Assembly: GCA_016290385.1 (NCBI GenBank)
Contig: JAEETO010000001.1
Span: forward strand, 18,956 to 82,955
Length of the DNA: 64,000 nucleotides
Source: Bacteroidales bacterium
Lineage (GTDB): Bacteria; Bacteroidota; Bacteroidia; Bacteroidales; UBA932
Direction: 5' to 3'
The stretch's first letter is position 1. Every line of letters begins with the position of its first letter. Below are positions 32,668-41,964 of the stretch, piece after piece. Below the pieces are notes generated by a model. That model was not told the DNA's origin, did no database searches, and saw only the letters and a list, made by a program, of their open reading frames with translations. The position numbers were made by a program, and so were the translations under genes.

Positions 32668-34266
32668 ATGGAAACGCTCGACGGTGCACGATTTCTGTCC
32701 CTGGTCCGCGGCGGCGGGGTCCGGCTCAACGAACAACGGCAGGTCATCAACGACCTGAACGTCTTCCCCATTCCCGACGGTGACACCGGCGACAACATGT
32801 ACATGACGCTGGAAGCCGGCTGCCGGGCCAACCCGGGGCCGCTGGGCGATACGGCAGCAGCCGTATCGCGCGGCATGCTGACGGGTGCCCGCGGGAACTC
32901 GGGCGTGATCCTCTCCCGTATCTTCGCCGGCATCGCCCAAGGCCTGTCCGGGCAGGAAGAAGCAGACCTTACCGCCTTTGAACATGCCATGGCCTGCGGC
33001 GTGGAGGCTTCCTACAAGGCCGTCGCAACACCGGTGGAAGGTACTATCCTTACGGTGCTGCGCGAAGGCGTCGCGGCGGCCGAAGGCAGTTCCGGCTTTG
33101 CGGAATACTTCGACCGGCTCTGCAAGGCGATGGGCGTTTCGCTCCAGCATACACCCGAACTGCTCGACGTGCTGAAAAAGGCCGGCGTGGTGGACAGCGG
33201 CGGCGCCGGGCTGCTCGCCATCGTGGAAGGCATGCGCGATGTCCTGCACGGCGGGACGGCCGTCCTGCCGCTGGAGGGCGGAGCGCCCGCATCCCAGGCC
33301 GTCGACCTGGACGCCTTCACGGAAGACAGCGTGCTGGAGTTCGGCTACTGCACCGAATTCCTCCTCCGCCTGCAGCGCAGCAAGGTCGACCTCGAGCATT
33401 TTGATGAAAGTGTCCTTTCCGACTGGCTCGCCGCTCATGGTGAATCGCTGGTCTTCTTCCGAGACGGAAGCATCGTCAAGGTCCATGTCCATACCCCTTC
33501 GCCCGGTGACATTCTCAGTCACTGCCAGCGCTACGGCGAATACCTGACCGTCAAGATCGAGAACATGACGCTGCAGCACCATGAAAACCACATGGACGAA
33601 CGCTACCACACCGCCGGCAAGACCCTCGGCGTGGTCGCAGTGGCGGCGGGTGCCCCGCTGCAGCAGGCGTTCCACGAGATGGGCGCCGATGTCGTCATCG
33701 AAGGCGGACAGACCATGAACCCGCCCGTCCAGGCTTTCCTCGACGCGTTCGACCGCATCGGGGCGGAATGCATCCTGGTGCTGCCCGACAACGGCAACAT
33801 CCTGCTCACGGCCCGGCAGGCTGCCGGCCTCTACGAAAAGGCCCGCATCGAAGTGATTCCGACACGGAACCTGGGGGAAGGCTACTTCGCCCTGGCCAGC
33901 CTCGACCGCGACGAAGCGCCCGACCAGATCGTGGCGGAGCTGAGCGGAGCCCTGCAGGAAACCGTCACCGGCATGGTGTCGCGCGCCATCCGTGACAGTG
34001 CAGCCGGACAAACCGGCGACTATCTGGGTTTCAGCGACAAAGACATCCTCTGCGCTTCACCCGGACGCCTGCCGGCATTGGTGGAGCTGGCCCGTCGGCT
34101 CAATGCCGGAGACCACGACATCGCCATCCTGCTTTCCGGCGCGGACGTACCAGCCGACGAAGCCGCAGAAGCGACCGATACCCTTACCCGCACATTTCCC
34201 CGGACCGAATTCTCCCTGATTGAAGGCGGACAACCCGTATATGATTATATCTTACTGCTATGCTGA
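32668..34266 (+). CDS. DAK2-domain protein (YloV/FakA-like fatty-acid kinase subunit)
   Basis: LNVFPIPDGDTGDNM and GARGNSGVILS DAK2 motifs. C-terminal DegV-partner-type domain. Confidence 0.8.
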   Translation: METLDGARFLSLVRGGGVRLNEQRQVINDLNVFPIPDGDTGDNMYMTLEAGCRANPGPLGDTAAAVSRGMLTGARGNSGVILSRIFAGIAQGLSGQEEADLTAFEHAMACGVEASYKAVATPVEGTILTVLREGVAAAEGSSGFAEYFDRLCKAMGVSLQHTPELLDVLKKAGVVDSGGAGLLAIVEGMRDVLHGGTAVLPLEGGAPASQAVDLDAFTEDSVLEFGYCTEFLLRLQRSKVDLEHFDESVLSDWLAAHGESLVFFRDGSIVKVHVHTPSPGDILSHCQRYGEYLTVKIENMTLQHHENHMDERYHTAGKTLGVVAVAAGAPLQQAFHEMGADVVIEGGQTMNPPVQAFLDAFDRIGAECILVLPDNGNILLTARQAAGLYEKARIEVIPTRNLGEGYFALASLDRDEAPDQIVAELSGALQETVTGMVSRAIRDSAAGQTGDYLGFSDKDILCASPGRLPALVELARRLNAGDHDIAILLSGADVPADEAAEATDTLTRTFPRTEFSLIEGGQPVYDYILLLC

Positions 34267-35129
34267 CACTTTATACTGACACCGACACCGACATCACTCC
34301 CGCCGTGGCTGCCCATTATGGCTACAAGCTCATCAGCATGCCCTACAGCGTGGATGCCAAGACCATCTACCCGTACGTGGACTTTCAGGAATTCGATTCC
34401 CATGCTTTCTACGACATGCTCCGGAGCGGCGTCCTGCCGACCACGAGTGCCATATCCAAGGAACGTTACCTGGAATACTTCGAACCCGAATTCGCTGCCG
34501 GCAACGACATCCTCTACGTCCATTTCTCCCGGGCCATGACCGTAACTTTCGACGCCATGGACCAGGCTGTGGCCGAGCTCCGGCAAAAATATCCGGAACG
34601 CCGCTTCGCCGAAATCGATACAAAAGGTATCACCACCATCAGCTACGCCATCGTGCGCGCTGTCGGCGACCTGCACCTGGCCGGATGCGGCCTCGAGGAA
34701 ATCCTCGACTGGGCCCGTACCGAAGTCGATCACTATGCCATGTATTTCTTTGCCGACGACCTGAAATTCTTCCGCCGCAGCGGTCGCGTGAGCGGCCTGG
34801 CCGCCACGATGGGCACCCTGATCGGCATCCGGCCTATCATCTATATGTCGCCGGAAGGAAAGATGGTCTCGTGCGGCAAGACCAAGGGCCGGCTGAAAGC
34901 CATGGAACTGCTGGTCGACAAAGTCGCAGAACTGGGCGACAACATCAAGGACCATCGTTTCTATATCGGGCACACCGATGCGCCTGAACTGGCGCAGGAA
35001 GTCGTCCGTATGATGAAGGAGCGCTTCGGCGACGACCTGGCCATCGAATTCGTGGTCACCAACCCGACGGCCGGCAGCCACTCCGGTCCCAACGGCGTCG
35101 GCGTCTGCTTCCATGCCATCCACCGATAG
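34260..35129 (+). CDS. DegV-family fatty-acid-binding protein (FakB-like)
   Basis: DegV-type layout (TDTDITP...LPTTSAIS...GPNGVGVCF). 7-nt overlap with the DAK2 gene. Confidence 0.8.
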   Translation: MLTLYTDTDTDITPAVAAHYGYKLISMPYSVDAKTIYPYVDFQEFDSHAFYDMLRSGVLPTTSAISKERYLEYFEPEFAAGNDILYVHFSRAMTVTFDAMDQAVAELRQKYPERRFAEIDTKGITTISYAIVRAVGDLHLAGCGLEEILDWARTEVDHYAMYFFADDLKFFRRSGRVSGLAATMGTLIGIRPIIYMSPEGKMVSCGKTKGRLKAMELLVDKVAELGDNIKDHRFYIGHTDAPELAQEVVRMMKERFGDDLAIEFVVTNPTAGSHSGPNGVGVCFHAIHR

Positions 35130-35132
35130 TCT

Positions 35133-36254
35133 ATGATCGAAATCAAAGAAGTCACCACGCGCCGCCAGCAACGGGAATTCCTGGAATTCCCGCTCAGGCT
35201 CTACAAGGGCAATCCCTGGTTCGTCCCGCCCTTCTACGCCGACGAGAAGAAGATGTTCCGGAAGGACTACGTCTACTCGGACTGTTGCCAGTGGATCTGC
35301 TACAATGCCTATAAGGACGGCAGCATGGCCGGCCGCATCCAGGGCATCATCCAGGTAGCTGCCAACGAGAAGAACGGAGAGCGCCGCGCCCGTTTCAACC
35401 GCTTTGACGCCATTGACGACCCGGAAGTTTCACGAGCTTTGTTCGGGGCCGTCGAGCGCTGGGCCCGCGACAAAGGCATGGACACGGTCTGCGGCCCGCT
35501 GAGTTTCTCCGACCTGGAACGCGAAGGCCTGCTGATCGAAGGCTTCGACCAGCCCCAGACTTTTGAAGAGCAGTACAACGCCTCTTACTATCAGCAGCAT
35601 ATCGAGCAACTGGGCTACACCAAGGAGGTCGACTGGCTGGAATGGCGCCTCCGTGCACCCGAAACCGACGAAGAAGACCTCGACAAGCTCACGGACTTCA
35701 TCTTCCGCCGCTACAAGCTGCATTTCGGGCCCTCTAAGAATGCCAAAGACTTCCTGGCCCGATACCAGGACGGCATCTTCCGGCTGCTCGACCAGTCGTA
35801 CGAAGGCCTGTATGGCACGGTGCCTTTCACCGAAGGCATGAAGAAGCTCATGGTCGACAATTTCCGCCTGGTCATCGACCCGAAATACACGGCCGTCATC
35901 CTCGACGAGAACGATCGCATGGTGTGTTTCGGTTTCGCCATTCCGAGCCTGGCGTCCGCACTTGTCGGGACGAAGGGAAAATACACCCCGCGGGTGCTCA
36001 TGCGCCTGCTGCGCAACATCCGCCATCCCAAGGTCATCGACCTGTGCCTGATCGGCGTGGACCCGGAATACCTCAACCGTGGCGTTTCGGCCGCCTTCGC
36101 TTCGGCCATCCTGCACATGCTCCGCGACACCGACGTGGAATACGCCGAGACCAACCTCAACCTCGAAGACAACTACGCCATCCTCAACCTGTGGCGCCGC
36201 TTCGATTCCGTTCAGGCGAAGCGCCGCCGCGCCTATGTGAAGAGACTCGCATGA
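35133..36254 (+). CDS. GNAT-fold-like uncharacterised protein
   Basis: The N-terminal block EFLEFPLRLYKGNPWFVPPFYADEKKMF is seen in a conserved family usually annotated as N-acetyltransferase. ATGA overlap with plsX. Confidence 0.45.
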   Translation: MIEIKEVTTRRQQREFLEFPLRLYKGNPWFVPPFYADEKKMFRKDYVYSDCCQWICYNAYKDGSMAGRIQGIIQVAANEKNGERRARFNRFDAIDDPEVSRALFGAVERWARDKGMDTVCGPLSFSDLEREGLLIEGFDQPQTFEEQYNASYYQQHIEQLGYTKEVDWLEWRLRAPETDEEDLDKLTDFIFRRYKLHFGPSKNAKDFLARYQDGIFRLLDQSYEGLYGTVPFTEGMKKLMVDNFRLVIDPKYTAVILDENDRMVCFGFAIPSLASALVGTKGKYTPRVLMRLLRNIRHPKVIDLCLIGVDPEYLNRGVSAAFASAILHMLRDTDVEYAETNLNLEDNYAILNLWRRFDSVQAKRRRAYVKRLA

Positions 36255-37270
36255 TCAAGATCCTCATCGACTGTTTCGGCGGTGACCATTCTCCGCAAGC
36301 ACCTGTTGACGGTGCCCTCGCCGCGCTGGCAAAGAATCCGGAGCTGTATCTCATCCTGACCGGCGACGAAACGCTGCTCCAGAAAGAACTGGCCGGCAAG
36401 TCGTACGACACTTCCCGGCTGGAGATCGTCCATGCGCCGGAAGTCATCGGCTGTGAAGAAAAACCCACCGACGTGATCCGTCTCAAGCGCAACAGCTCGA
36501 TGATGAAGGCCATCATCCTGCTGCGCGACCGCGACGACATCGCCGCAATGGTCTCCACGGGCTCGACCGGCGCGCTCGTGACCGGCGCGCTCGTGCGCCT
36601 GGGCCGCATTCCCGGCGTCATCCGCCCGGCTTTCTGCCCGCTGCTGCCCACCATGGACGGCGGCATCGTGGGCATCTGCGACAGTGGCGCCAATCCCGAA
36701 GCCACGGCGGTCCACCTGCGCCAGTTCGCCATCATGGCCAGTCTCTATTTGGAAAATGTCTATGGTGTCCGGCAGCCCCGCACCGCTCTGCTCAATGTGG
36801 GACGGGAACCCGAAAAGGGCGATGACATCCGTCGGGAAACCTACCGGCTGCTGCAGGAAACGCCTTCCGTCAACTTCGTGGGCAACATGGAAAGCCGCGA
36901 CCTGCTGTCAGGCGCCTACGACCTGGTGGTGGCCGACGGCTTCTCCGGCAACGTGCTGGTAAAGACCACCGAGGGCACTGCCATCGAACTGCTCAAGAAA
37001 CTCAAGAAAGACATTTATTCCCGCTCGCTATACAAGCTGGGTGCGCTGTTGATGAAGAAGATGTTCATGGAAGAAAAGGAATTCATGAACTACCAGAACT
37101 ACGGCGGAAGCGTGCTGCTAGGCACCGAAAAAGTCGTGGTCAAAGGCCACGGCAGCAGCAAGGCCGTCGCCGTGGAGAAATGCATCGAGCAGGCCTACCG
37201 CATGGAAACCAGCCGCCTCTCCGCCAAGATCGAAGCGGAAATCGCCAAATACGAACACTACGAAGAATAA
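36251..37270 (+). CDS. plsX: Phosphate acyltransferase PlsX
   Basis: MIKILIDCFGGDHSP... and MVSTGSTGAL motifs. The upstream 35924 extension was rejected because it overlaps the GNAT-like gene. Confidence 0.9.
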   Translation: MIKILIDCFGGDHSPQAPVDGALAALAKNPELYLILTGDETLLQKELAGKSYDTSRLEIVHAPEVIGCEEKPTDVIRLKRNSSMMKAIILLRDRDDIAAMVSTGSTGALVTGALVRLGRIPGVIRPAFCPLLPTMDGGIVGICDSGANPEATAVHLRQFAIMASLYLENVYGVRQPRTALLNVGREPEKGDDIRRETYRLLQETPSVNFVGNMESRDLLSGAYDLVVADGFSGNVLVKTTEGTAIELLKKLKKDIYSRSLYKLGALLMKKMFMEEKEFMNYQNYGGSVLLGTEKVVVKGHGSSKAVAVEKCIEQAYRMETSRLSAKIEAEIAKYEHYEE

Positions 37271-37275
37271 AAAAC

Positions 37276-37303
37276 CCGTCATTCCGGGCTTGACCCGGAA
37301 TCT
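37276..37303. repeat. GC hairpin repeat (family 3), also a likely terminator after plsX
   Basis: CCCGTCATTCCGGGCTTGACCCGGAATCT, identical to the copy at 37547-37574. Confidence 0.75.
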
Positions 37304-37311
37304 CTACTGCC

Positions 37312-37545
37312 ATGTTTGAGAAAGTACAGGCCATCCTGGCCAAGCAGCTCCGGAAAGATCCGGCCATCATCACCCGCGAATCGAAGATCAAGCGCGACCT
37401 GGGCGCCGATTCGATCGACATCCTGCAACTGCTGATGAAAGTGGAAGACCAATACGGCATCGTCATCCCCGACAACGCCCTGGCCACGTTCGAGACGGTC
37501 GGCGACGTCGTGGACTACCTCGAAAAGCAGGATTCCGCGGTTTAA
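37312..37545 (+). CDS. Acyl carrier protein (non-canonical paralogue)
   Basis: DLGADSIDILQLLMKVED phosphopantetheine-Ser motif, 77 aa. Confidence 0.8.
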   Translation: MFEKVQAILAKQLRKDPAIITRESKIKRDLGADSIDILQLLMKVEDQYGIVIPDNALATFETVGDVVDYLEKQDSAV

Positions 37546-37546
37546 C

Positions 37547-37574
37547 CCGTCATTCCGGGCTTGACCCGGAATCT
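37547..37574. repeat. GC hairpin repeat (family 3) between the convergent ACP and LolA-like genes
   Basis: CCCGTCATTCCGGGCTTGACCCGGAATCT. It overlaps the TAG of the LolA-like gene (37573-37575). Confidence 0.75.
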
Positions 37575-38088
37575 AGTAAATAAACTTGTACTCGGTGGAA
37601 ATCCCGTTGAATTCCTCGAGGACCATCCGGATCGGAAGGTCTTTCCTGTACTCCATGATGATCCTGGAATAACCGCGGGGAGCGGGTTTGCGGGCTTTCA
37701 TCTCGACGGTCTTGACACCGTTCTTTTCCGAAACGGCCAGCTCGGCATCATTGTCGCGGGCTGCGGTTTCGCAGTTGCCCATGATGCAGTTGAGCAAAGT
37801 GTTGCACATATTCCGGAAACGGGGATTCGTACTCGTATCAATGGAAATCTGCTGCCCCTGGGAATTGCTGCGGAGCATCGGACCCGAAATGATCAGATAC
37901 TCGCCCTCGGGCTTGGTATAGGTCATCGTCAGGTTATCGGGGGCGTTGAAAGAAACGACTCCCTCGGAATGGATGACTTTTCCGGAAGCCTTGATGGTCT
38001 TGTCCTGGGTAAAACGACAGTCAATCTGCTGGGCGACTGCCAGCGTAGCGCAGCACAGCAGCACAAAAAGTAACAAAGATTTTTTCAT
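37573..38088 (-). CDS. LolA-like outer-membrane lipoprotein carrier family protein
   Basis: Signal peptide MKKSLLLFVLLCCATLAVAQ and the LolA-like pattern F.Q.K......K...S.G...F..P. Confidence 0.6.
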   Translation of the reverse strand: MKKSLLLFVLLCCATLAVAQQIDCRFTQDKTIKASGKVIHSEGVVSFNAPDNLTMTYTKPEGEYLIISGPMLRSNSQGQQISIDTSTNPRFRNMCNTLLNCIMGNCETAARDNDAELAVSEKNGVKTVEMKARKPAPRGYSRIIMEYRKDLPIRMVLEEFNGISTEYKFIY

Positions 38089-38120
38089 TTCAATAATGCC
38101 ACTTCGCGTTCGAAAGTTTG

Positions 38121-38128
38121 CAAAGATA
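38121..38128 (-). promoter_or_regulatory. -7 promoter box (TATCTTTG) for the LolA-like gene
   Basis: The plus strand reads CAAAGATA. 32 nt upstream of ATG 38088. Confidence 0.45.
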
Positions 38129-38141
38129 GGATAATAATTCC

Positions 38142-38149
38142 TAATTTTG
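38142..38149 (+). promoter_or_regulatory. -7 promoter box (TAATTTTG) for the AraC-family gene
   Basis: 17 nt upstream of ATG 38167. It overlaps the GTG 38149 used by the ORF track. Confidence 0.45.
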
Positions 38150-38166
38150 TGCCAAACGTCGCAGAA

Positions 38167-39006
38167 ATGTCAGAAATCGATCCCTATTGGAATAGAGCCC
38201 AGGGCCTGTCGTCCCAGTTCGTGTTCAGTATCCAGAAAGTAGAACGCCGGGGTTTCTACGATGTCTCCGACATCCCCCAGGCCTCGTTGCCCATCTTTAC
38301 CTTCGCGTACCTGACTGAAGGAGAAATCCTCATAGAAATCGAAGGGACGACCCTCCTTTGCAAGGCGAACCAGGTTTTGCTGATACCGGCCAGGACGCCT
38401 TTCCGCATCTTGTATTTCAAGGGAAACTCCGGTTACGAATGTGGCTTTTCGATGCGCGCGCTGAAGGATCCCTCCTATCCGTGCCTGCAAAGCCAGCAGC
38501 CCCAGCTGATATCCTTCTCGGAGAAAGACGCCCTTTTCACCACCATACTGCTGGATGAGCTCCTGACAGCATTCCAGAACGACAACCGGCAAGTTGCAGC
38601 CAGTTCGCTCGACTTGTTCCTGTGCCGCCTCGCCACGCCTGACACGCATCCGGTCAGCCCCATCGTAAACCATTTTCTGGAGATGGTCTTCGACCGTGAG
38701 CGCAAGCCGGGAAAAGTCACCGCTTATGCCGATGAACTCTGTATCACGCCCAATTACCTGAACAGGCTGGTCCGTGCACAGACAGGGCACTCCGCCATGG
38801 ACTGGATCGAAATCTCCCGCCTGAACCTGGCCAAACTGCTGCTCCGGCAGAACAAGTTGCAGATTGCAGAAATCGCTGCCGCTACCGGCATCGACGACCA
38901 GTCGTACTTCACACGCTTCTTCAAGAAAAACGAAGGCTGCACCCCGACACAGTACCGTGACAAGGCCTTGATTGGCATGATTAATCCTGATATTGCCGAC
39001 CGCTAA
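38167..39006 (+). CDS. AraC-family transcriptional regulator
   Basis: Cupin-like N-terminal domain plus the C-terminal double HTH (YADELCITPNYLNRLV...IAEIAAATGIDDQSYFTRFFKK). Confidence 0.8.
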   Translation: MSEIDPYWNRAQGLSSQFVFSIQKVERRGFYDVSDIPQASLPIFTFAYLTEGEILIEIEGTTLLCKANQVLLIPARTPFRILYFKGNSGYECGFSMRALKDPSYPCLQSQQPQLISFSEKDALFTTILLDELLTAFQNDNRQVAASSLDLFLCRLATPDTHPVSPIVNHFLEMVFDRERKPGKVTAYADELCITPNYLNRLVRAQTGHSAMDWIEISRLNLAKLLLRQNKLQIAEIAAATGIDDQSYFTRFFKKNEGCTPTQYRDKALIGMINPDIADR

Positions 39007-39746
39007 GCGAAAAGGATCTCAACACAGAACGAGGACCGGTCACCCACCCGGCCTTCCACCACCCAGCCACCTTCTACCGGCGCACGGAAGATTTCAACGG
39101 TCTCGCCGGCATAAACTTCCTTGTTGAAATTGATCCGGACTGAACGGACACGGCGTGTGGACACTTCCGTATAATCGAGGCAGTCCATGGCCCATACCAC
39201 GTAACGGGCGTTGTTGGCATGTCCCACCAGGTCGATGTCGGAATATCCGATGCGGTGCTCCGCCATCTCTTCAATGGGGCCTTCCGGCATCACCACCTTG
39301 CCGCAAGGCTCATCGATGGCGCTTTCCGCACATTCCGTATCGAGCGGCAGGCGCTCGGCCAGGTGTTCGCGCCGCAGCAGGCGCCGGGATGTGGTGTCGA
39401 TGATCAGCCAGGAAGACGTGGCCAGCACGGCCGGATTCCCCGCCGCATCGAGCATACGGAAATCGCGCACGTAAAAGGGTCCTTCGAAACCCTTGTGCCA
39501 GGTCTGCAGTTCGACGGCCTCACGCCAGCGTGGCATGGCAGGAAACTCCATGTGCATGCGCGACAGCACCCAGGCCGTCCCGAAACGCTCCAAATCCTCA
39601 AAGCCGAAACCGAGCGAGCGGGCCGAAACATACGCAATCTCCTGGGCCATGTCCATAAAGGACCCCGGCTTGAGATAGTGGGCCACATCAGTGGCGAAGC
39701 AGGGCACTGTGAGCCGCTGGATGGTTTTCTTGTCGTTGGTATCCAT
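39003..39746 (-). CDS. Acyl-ACP thioesterase
   Basis: Double hot-dog layout. ATG 39746 (MDTNDKK...) chosen because the ORF-track extension to 40127 overlaps the kinase-AAA gene. Confidence 0.7.
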   Translation of the reverse strand: MDTNDKKTIQRLTVPCFATDVAHYLKPGSFMDMAQEIAYVSARSLGFGFEDLERFGTAWVLSRMHMEFPAMPRWREAVELQTWHKGFEGPFYVRDFRMLDAAGNPAVLATSSWLIIDTTSRRLLRREHLAERLPLDTECAESAIDEPCGKVVMPEGPIEEMAEHRIGYSDIDLVGHANNARYVVWAMDCLDYTEVSTRRVRSVRINFNKEVYAGETVEIFRAPVEGGWVVEGRVGDRSSFCVEILFA

Positions 39747-39757
39747 GATCCGGGATA

Positions 39758-41509
39758 TTAATGATAGCCGATGGGCTGGCGGACGGATTTCTTCCCCAGC
39801 GAAGAGGGATTGCAGCGGATTGAATCTTCGAGGTGGCGCTGCGCGATGGGTTCGTCGGCCAGAGCGGCCACCAGTGCCGCATCGTTGGCGATGAAAGCGA
39901 TATCCGAAGAGGCGTAGCCATCGGTCAGCGCAGCGAGCCGGTCGAAATCGATGTCGTCGGCCAGCGGACGGCCTTTGAGATGATGGATGAACATCTGGCG
40001 GCGGGTCTCCGGCTCCGGGGCCGGCACTTCCACCTGCAGGTCGAGACGCCCCTTCCGCAGGACGGCCGGGTCGATCATGTCCATCCGGTTGGTGGTGCCG
40101 ATGACGAAAATGCCCCGCTGCGCACAATTGTTGAGCTGCGAGAGGAATTCGTTGACTTCCTCCGGACGATGCCGGGCTGCCTCGCTGCCGCGCGCAGGGA
40201 CAAAGGAGTCGAACTCGTCAAAACAGAGCACGGTGGGTGCCTTGGCCGCTGCTTCCTGGAAGAGCGCGGCAATCTTGCCCTGTGTGCCGTGAATGTAGGT
40301 GCTGCCCAGGTCCGAGCCATTGACCACCATGTAGTTGAAGCGCGACTCCTCGGCGAATTTTTCGGCGAAATAGGTCTTTCCGCAGCCCGGCGGGCCGTAG
40401 AGCAGCATGCCGTTGGGCGGAAGGAGCCGGTATTTCTTCGCTTTTTCACGATCGCGCAGTACCCAGATCACACGCTCGGTCAGCATCTTTTTCAGCGATT
40501 CCATGCCGGCCACGTCGGCAAAGCCGCCACTGCGTGTATTGCGTTGCAGGGTCTTCTTCATCTCGGTGCCGTCGGTCGTGGCGACCAGGCCGCCGGCGGA
40601 GGCCTTCTTGGGATTGCCGTTGCGGGAACTGCCGTCCGAGCGCTGCCGAGTATCGACACTGGAATCCGTCAGCATTTCCAGCATCCGGGCCGGTGTCGGA
40701 CGGGCGGAGGGATTGATATTCAGGCCCATCAACACGAGACTTCGCAACATGGGGTCGCTGGCATGAAGGGCGGCAGGCCACACGGGCTGCCGGCGCCGTG
40801 CCTCCAGAATCCGTGCCTTCCGTTCCTCAAAAGATTCACTCTCATCCATGTGCAGGCCCCAGGGCTCCTGCCGGCAGATCAGGGTATAGACCAGCGCCGC
40901 TACGGAAAAAGCATCGCTTGCATCCGAGAAACAGCCGTCCAGCGCTTCGGGTGCCGTATAGATCAGGTTCAGGTCTTCCATCGGGAAGGGCGGCTGTCCG
41001 CCAGTGAGCTCGTGCGAAGCATGGCCCAGATCGATGAGCTTGGGAACCAGGCCGTCACCCGATTCTTCCAGGAGAATGTTGCGTGGGGTGATGTCGTTGT
41101 GAAACAAGCCTTCGCTGCGGAGATAGGCCAGTCCTTCCAGCACATGGCAGGTGATGGTCTTGATTTCAGGACCTGTGAACTGGCGTCCGGCAGCCAGGAA
41201 TTCCGACAGGAGGGAGCCCTTGAAATATTGCATCACCAGATACGGATACGTCTTATCCTGTATCGTCAGCACCCCGTCGGCGACATACGAGATGACGTTG
41301 TGGTGCGACAGGCCGCGGCTGTTGACGATTTCCCCGACCTCTCCTCCGTCGAGCCATTCCGGCGGGATGGCCTGAAGGTCGAACAGCTTCAGGAAAAAAC
41401 GGCCGCCTTTGCCGTCGGCCACCACGTAGTTGCTGTTGAAGACCCCGTCCTTGATGAAACGTTCTACGCGGTAGGGACCGACAAGAGCATCATTTTCCAA
41501 GCGGATCAT
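39758..41509 (-). CDS. Ser/Thr protein kinase - classical AAA+ ATPase fusion protein
   Basis: Kinase core: K in FFLKLF, HNDITPRN, DLG, TAPE. AAA module: Walker A GPPGCGKT, Walker B LCFDEFD, SRH TTNRMDMIDPAVLRKGRLD. First ATG at 41509. A TTG at 41518 directly abuts the upstream stop. Confidence 0.8.
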   Translation of the reverse strand: MIRLENDALVGPYRVERFIKDGVFNSNYVVADGKGGRFFLKLFDLQAIPPEWLDGGEVGEIVNSRGLSHHNVISYVADGVLTIQDKTYPYLVMQYFKGSLLSEFLAAGRQFTGPEIKTITCHVLEGLAYLRSEGLFHNDITPRNILLEESGDGLVPKLIDLGHASHELTGGQPPFPMEDLNLIYTAPEALDGCFSDASDAFSVAALVYTLICRQEPWGLHMDESESFEERKARILEARRRQPVWPAALHASDPMLRSLVLMGLNINPSARPTPARMLEMLTDSSVDTRQRSDGSSRNGNPKKASAGGLVATTDGTEMKKTLQRNTRSGGFADVAGMESLKKMLTERVIWVLRDREKAKKYRLLPPNGMLLYGPPGCGKTYFAEKFAEESRFNYMVVNGSDLGSTYIHGTQGKIAALFQEAAAKAPTVLCFDEFDSFVPARGSEAARHRPEEVNEFLSQLNNCAQRGIFVIGTTNRMDMIDPAVLRKGRLDLQVEVPAPEPETRRQMFIHHLKGRPLADDIDFDRLAALTDGYASSDIAFIANDAALVAALADEPIAQRHLEDSIRCNPSSLGKKSVRQPIGYH

Positions 41510-41518
41510 ACCTGTCAA

Positions 41519-41944
41519 CTATTTGAGTTCAGCCTCTACGTTGATGGATGTCGTGTAAAAAGCCCATTGCTTGATCTCCATGCGCGAGAAGAAGGTCTTG
41601 AGCTGCGGCACGGCGTCGAGGTTCAGCACGGCGCGGCCTCCGGAGAATTCTTCCACCAGGCCGGCGGGCAGTTTTTCCAGGATACGTTTCGCAGCAAAAT
41701 CGAGGGCCATGTTGCCGGCAGCGCCGGCCTTGACCTGAAGCACGGCATGCGGCGGGTTGAAGTCCACCAGCTGCACGTCGGCCGAGACCGTGTGCGTGAC
41801 AGGCTTGTTGATGATCGGAAGGGAAATCGTGGCGTCGTAACTGAGTGTCAGGGTATCCGAATCCTTATACCGTATGCCGATGGTCTGTCCGCTTTTTTCG
41901 CGGATCAGGCGGATCAGTTCGTCGTAGGAAGTTGAAAGAATCAT
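41519..41944 (-). CDS. Hypothetical 141-aa protein, first gene of the kinase-AAA operon
   Basis: ATG 41944 (MILSTSYDEL...). No signal peptide, TM helix or motif recognised. TAAATTTG box at 41965-41972. The stop TAG directly abuts the next ORF. Confidence 0.55.
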   Translation of the reverse strand: MILSTSYDELIRLIREKSGQTIGIRYKDSDTLTLSYDATISLPIINKPVTHTVSADVQLVDFNPPHAVLQVKAGAAGNMALDFAAKRILEKLPAGLVEEFSGGRAVLNLDAVPQLKTFFSRMEIKQWAFYTTSINVEAELK

Positions 41945-41964
41945 GGCTCTCGTCAATTTTTTCT

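Noticed and set aside
35924-36250. Long N-terminal extensions offered by the ORF track (plsX from 35924; thioesterase to 40127; YitT to 59465; ABC ATPase to 52755; mqnD to 53362; folP to 4122)
   Set aside because: The extensions overlap the neighbouring genuine genes and are Arg/Pro/Gly-rich. Internal ATG/GTG starts give canonical N-termini and ATGA/TAATG-type junctions with the upstream stops.
30168-39746. Aryl-polyene/flexirubin-type biosynthetic cluster (MMPL exporter + ACP + LolA-like + thioesterase)
   Set aside because: No ketosynthase, ketoreductase, dehydratase or ammonia-lyase genes are associated with it. aspA at 55.8 kb is a bona fide aspartase and is far away. The set fits fatty-acid activation and lipid trafficking better.
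39833-41935. 700-aa plus-strand ORF
   Set aside because: It is antisense to the kinase-AAA gene and the 141-aa ORF. It contains no recognisable motifs and is rich in Arg/Gly/Ala/His, as expected for the reverse frame of GC-rich coding DNA. The minus strand carries clear kinase and Walker motifs.
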